Assembly (NCBI GenBank): GCA_937921735.1
Contig: CAKZTQ010000004.1
Location: forward strand, 2,249 to 66,248
Source of the DNA: an uncultured archaeon
Lineage (GTDB): Archaea > Hadarchaeota > Hadarchaeia > Hadarchaeales > Hadarchaeaceae
Reading direction: 5' to 3'
Length of the DNA: 64,000 bases
Shown: in pieces, positions 62,240 through 64,000 of the stretch
How the letters are laid out: each line of letters opens with the position of its first letter
How positions within the stretch are numbered: the first letter of the stretch is position 1
Translations under genes and position numbers: made by a program
Notes under the pieces: generated by a model
What the model was told of the DNA's origin: nothing
What the model saw: only the letters and a program-made list of their open reading frames with translations
Database searches by the model: none

Positions 62240-64000
62240 CTACCCACTATCTCGTCGGTTCACGAACTCTGTTAGGCTTACCTGTTTTTCACGTTCGTAG
62301 CGGAGGTCCTCTTCCTTGTAGCCGAGCACCTCCATAATTCGCATGACTGCTGGTAGCACCTGATGTTTAACGTAGTAGTCCGCGTCGTATTCCATGTTTT
62401 TGAAATCCTCCACCGGGATGGCCCGATCGCTTATGCTCCCGCCCCCCTTCACCTCGATGTAAGCTATTATCATACCGGGCTCAATCTCCCGGCCTTTTTT
62501 CTGCAGCTTCCTTGCCGCGGCTACATGTGGGCCTATCGCGCGATAGCTGCTCAATGGCATGGTGAGCTGGGTGTAAATGATGAGGTCATCCAAGCTTATG
62601 CGCCCCTCGTAGATGTCTCGGGTCACCTTTCGCACGATCTCCGCCGCTTTCTCGGGTGAGCCATCCCGTAACACGGCCTCGAGCACCGCCTCCTGCGTTT
62701 TCTTTGCGATTGCCGCCCAATCGCGCCTAACGAATTCCAATCCCTTTACTACTATCCTACCCTCCTCATCTATCATGGCGTATCGCTTTTTCGTCACGAA
62801 CACGCCACGCTTGTAAAAGCCCTCGAGCTCAAGCTCCATTATGCCGGGCATGCTCTTGTTGACTTGTTCCAAAAACAGCTTCACGTCATCTCGGCTTTTG
62901 TCGTTCAGCTTACAAAATAGACTATCTGTGTCACCATATACCACTTCGAAACCAAAGTCCCTCGCCATCTTTATTGTATTCCGGATGTAGTGGCGACCGA
63001 AACTGGTGACGCTCTCAGCCAACTGCTTAAAGTACCAGCGCGCCCGAGGATAGCCGAGCATGCCATAAAATGAATTCGCGATGATTTTCAATGCCCATTG
63101 CTGCGCGTCTAGAGCGGCATATTCCTTGCTTCCCCTCCTGTGTTTTTTCATCTCCTGCTTGAGCCTGGCTCGTTCGAGGATAAGCCTCTCGAGCGTCGTG
63201 GGTATAAAACCCCGTCGTTTAGCGCAGAAGCGATAGCCAAGCTCTGGGACCGCTACCGCTTCTTCTGTCTCACAACATTTACAATTCAACGTTGCCGGAT
63301 CGATGTTGTGGGAGACTATTATCGAGGGATACAGGGAACGGAAGTCAAAGACGACCAAGTTTTCATGCAATCCCTTAACGGGCTCCATCACGTATGCTCC
63401 GACATAGGTTTCCTCCAACCGCTCTTGGTATTCTTCACCCACGGGTCTAGCCGGTACAAGTTCGCCGCGCTTGTGCGCTTCAGCGATGAGGAGCCATTCG
63501 ACGAGCTGACCAGGAGTCATGCGGCTTACATCAAACAACGACTGGCCAACTATCTTCGCGAGGTTGGTGAATAAGGGGAGAAGCTGTAACCCTATCTCCA
63601 ACGTCGCCTCAGCATCCGACATGGAATACTCGAGCAGCTTGCGCGCTTTCTCGCCCCCGCTATCCCATGCTTCGCTTATCTCGGTAAACTCGATTTCCGG
63701 CTTCTCCTTACCAATTAGATGTTTGTAGACGTTTTCGAGGGTATAGTGGATGAGCCTGATCGCCCCAATCGTCGCCAGGAAGTTGATCATCGCGTAAACA
63801 TCTAGGTGGACTCGGCCTCTGATGCGCGTGGCTGTAGCGAAGCGCCTCCGCCGCGCCACGATTTCGGAGCCGTCATATCCCAGCTTCAGCTTGACTTTGA
63901 GCTGCTTGGCACGGTCTCGAAGGTATGGAAAATCGAAAAGGTCCGTGTTATAGCCCAACAGGATGTCGACATCTCGTTCCCTAACGATTTCGACGAAGCG
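62240..64000 (-). CDS. polB: Family B DNA polymerase (PolB3-type), 5' part outside the window
   Basis: Frame open to 64000 (RFVEIVRERDVDILLGYN = ExoII). DFRSLYPSII, KIIANSFYG and YGDTDS motifs. No intein in the visible part. Confidence 0.97.
   Translation of the reverse strand, partial: RFVEIVRERDVDILLGYNTDLFDFPYLRDRAKQLKVKLKLGYDGSEIVARRRRFATATRIRGRVHLDVYAMINFLATIGAIRLIHYTLENVYKHLIGKEKPEIEFTEISEAWDSGGEKARKLLEYSMSDAEATLEIGLQLLPLFTNLAKIVGQSLFDVSRMTPGQLVEWLLIAEAHKRGELVPARPVGEEYQERLEETYVGAYVMEPVKGLHENLVVFDFRSLYPSIIVSHNIDPATLNCKCCETEEAVAVPELGYRFCAKRRGFIPTTLERLILERARLKQEMKKHRRGSKEYAALDAQQWALKIIANSFYGMLGYPRARWYFKQLAESVTSFGRHYIRNTIKMARDFGFEVVYGDTDSLFCKLNDKSRDDVKLFLEQVNKSMPGIMELELEGFYKRGVFVTKKRYAMIDEEGRIVVKGLEFVRRDWAAIAKKTQEAVLEAVLRDGSPEKAAEIVRKVTRDIYEGRISLDDLIIYTQLTMPLSSYRAIGPHVAAARKLQKKGREIEPGMIIAYIEVKGGGSISDRAIPVEDFKNMEYDADYYVKHQVLPAVMRIMEVLGYKEEDLRYEREKQVSLTEFVNRRDSG

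Overview
Archaeal chromosomal window with a euryarchaeal-type gene set (PolB, Hel308, Nop5/fibrillarin, GatD, aIF2-beta, EF-1beta, Cgi121, Elp3). My impression is an uncultured Hadarchaeota-like lineage, but the sequence alone cannot confirm this. From left to right: (1) a ~720-bp intergenic region with five copies of a 16-bp palindrome (TGACAYACRTRTGTCA), several other palindromes and an AT-rich tract; (2) a type IV pilus operon (PHP phosphoesterase, VirB11/FlaI-type ATPase with a long charge-segregated N-terminus, TadC/FlaJ-type membrane protein, three class III signal-peptide pilins); (3) a convergent DHH phosphoesterase and a MinD, catalytically degenerate KaiC-like, FIST operon; (4) housekeeping genes plus two tRNAs with non-canonical introns (Arg-GCG with a D-loop intron; Phe-GAA with two introns); (5) an MgtE/TrkA-C transport operon, translation genes and ilvBNC; (6) two DNRLRE-domain surface proteins; (7) an eight-gene catabolic cluster (DNPH1-like N-glycosidase, thiolase-fold protein lacking the nucleophilic Cys, DUF35, GNAT-like protein, ferredoxin, tungsten AOR, Zn-finger microprotein, DUF2877); (8) gatD, a stand-alone CARF protein, pckG and Lrp, Elp3, Hel308, purB, glnA/Lrp/gdhA, pdxST, nop5/fibrillarin, map and a 5'-truncated polB. 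No IS element, CRISPR array, rRNA or integrase was seen. All product calls come from recognising motifs by eye; no database search was run.
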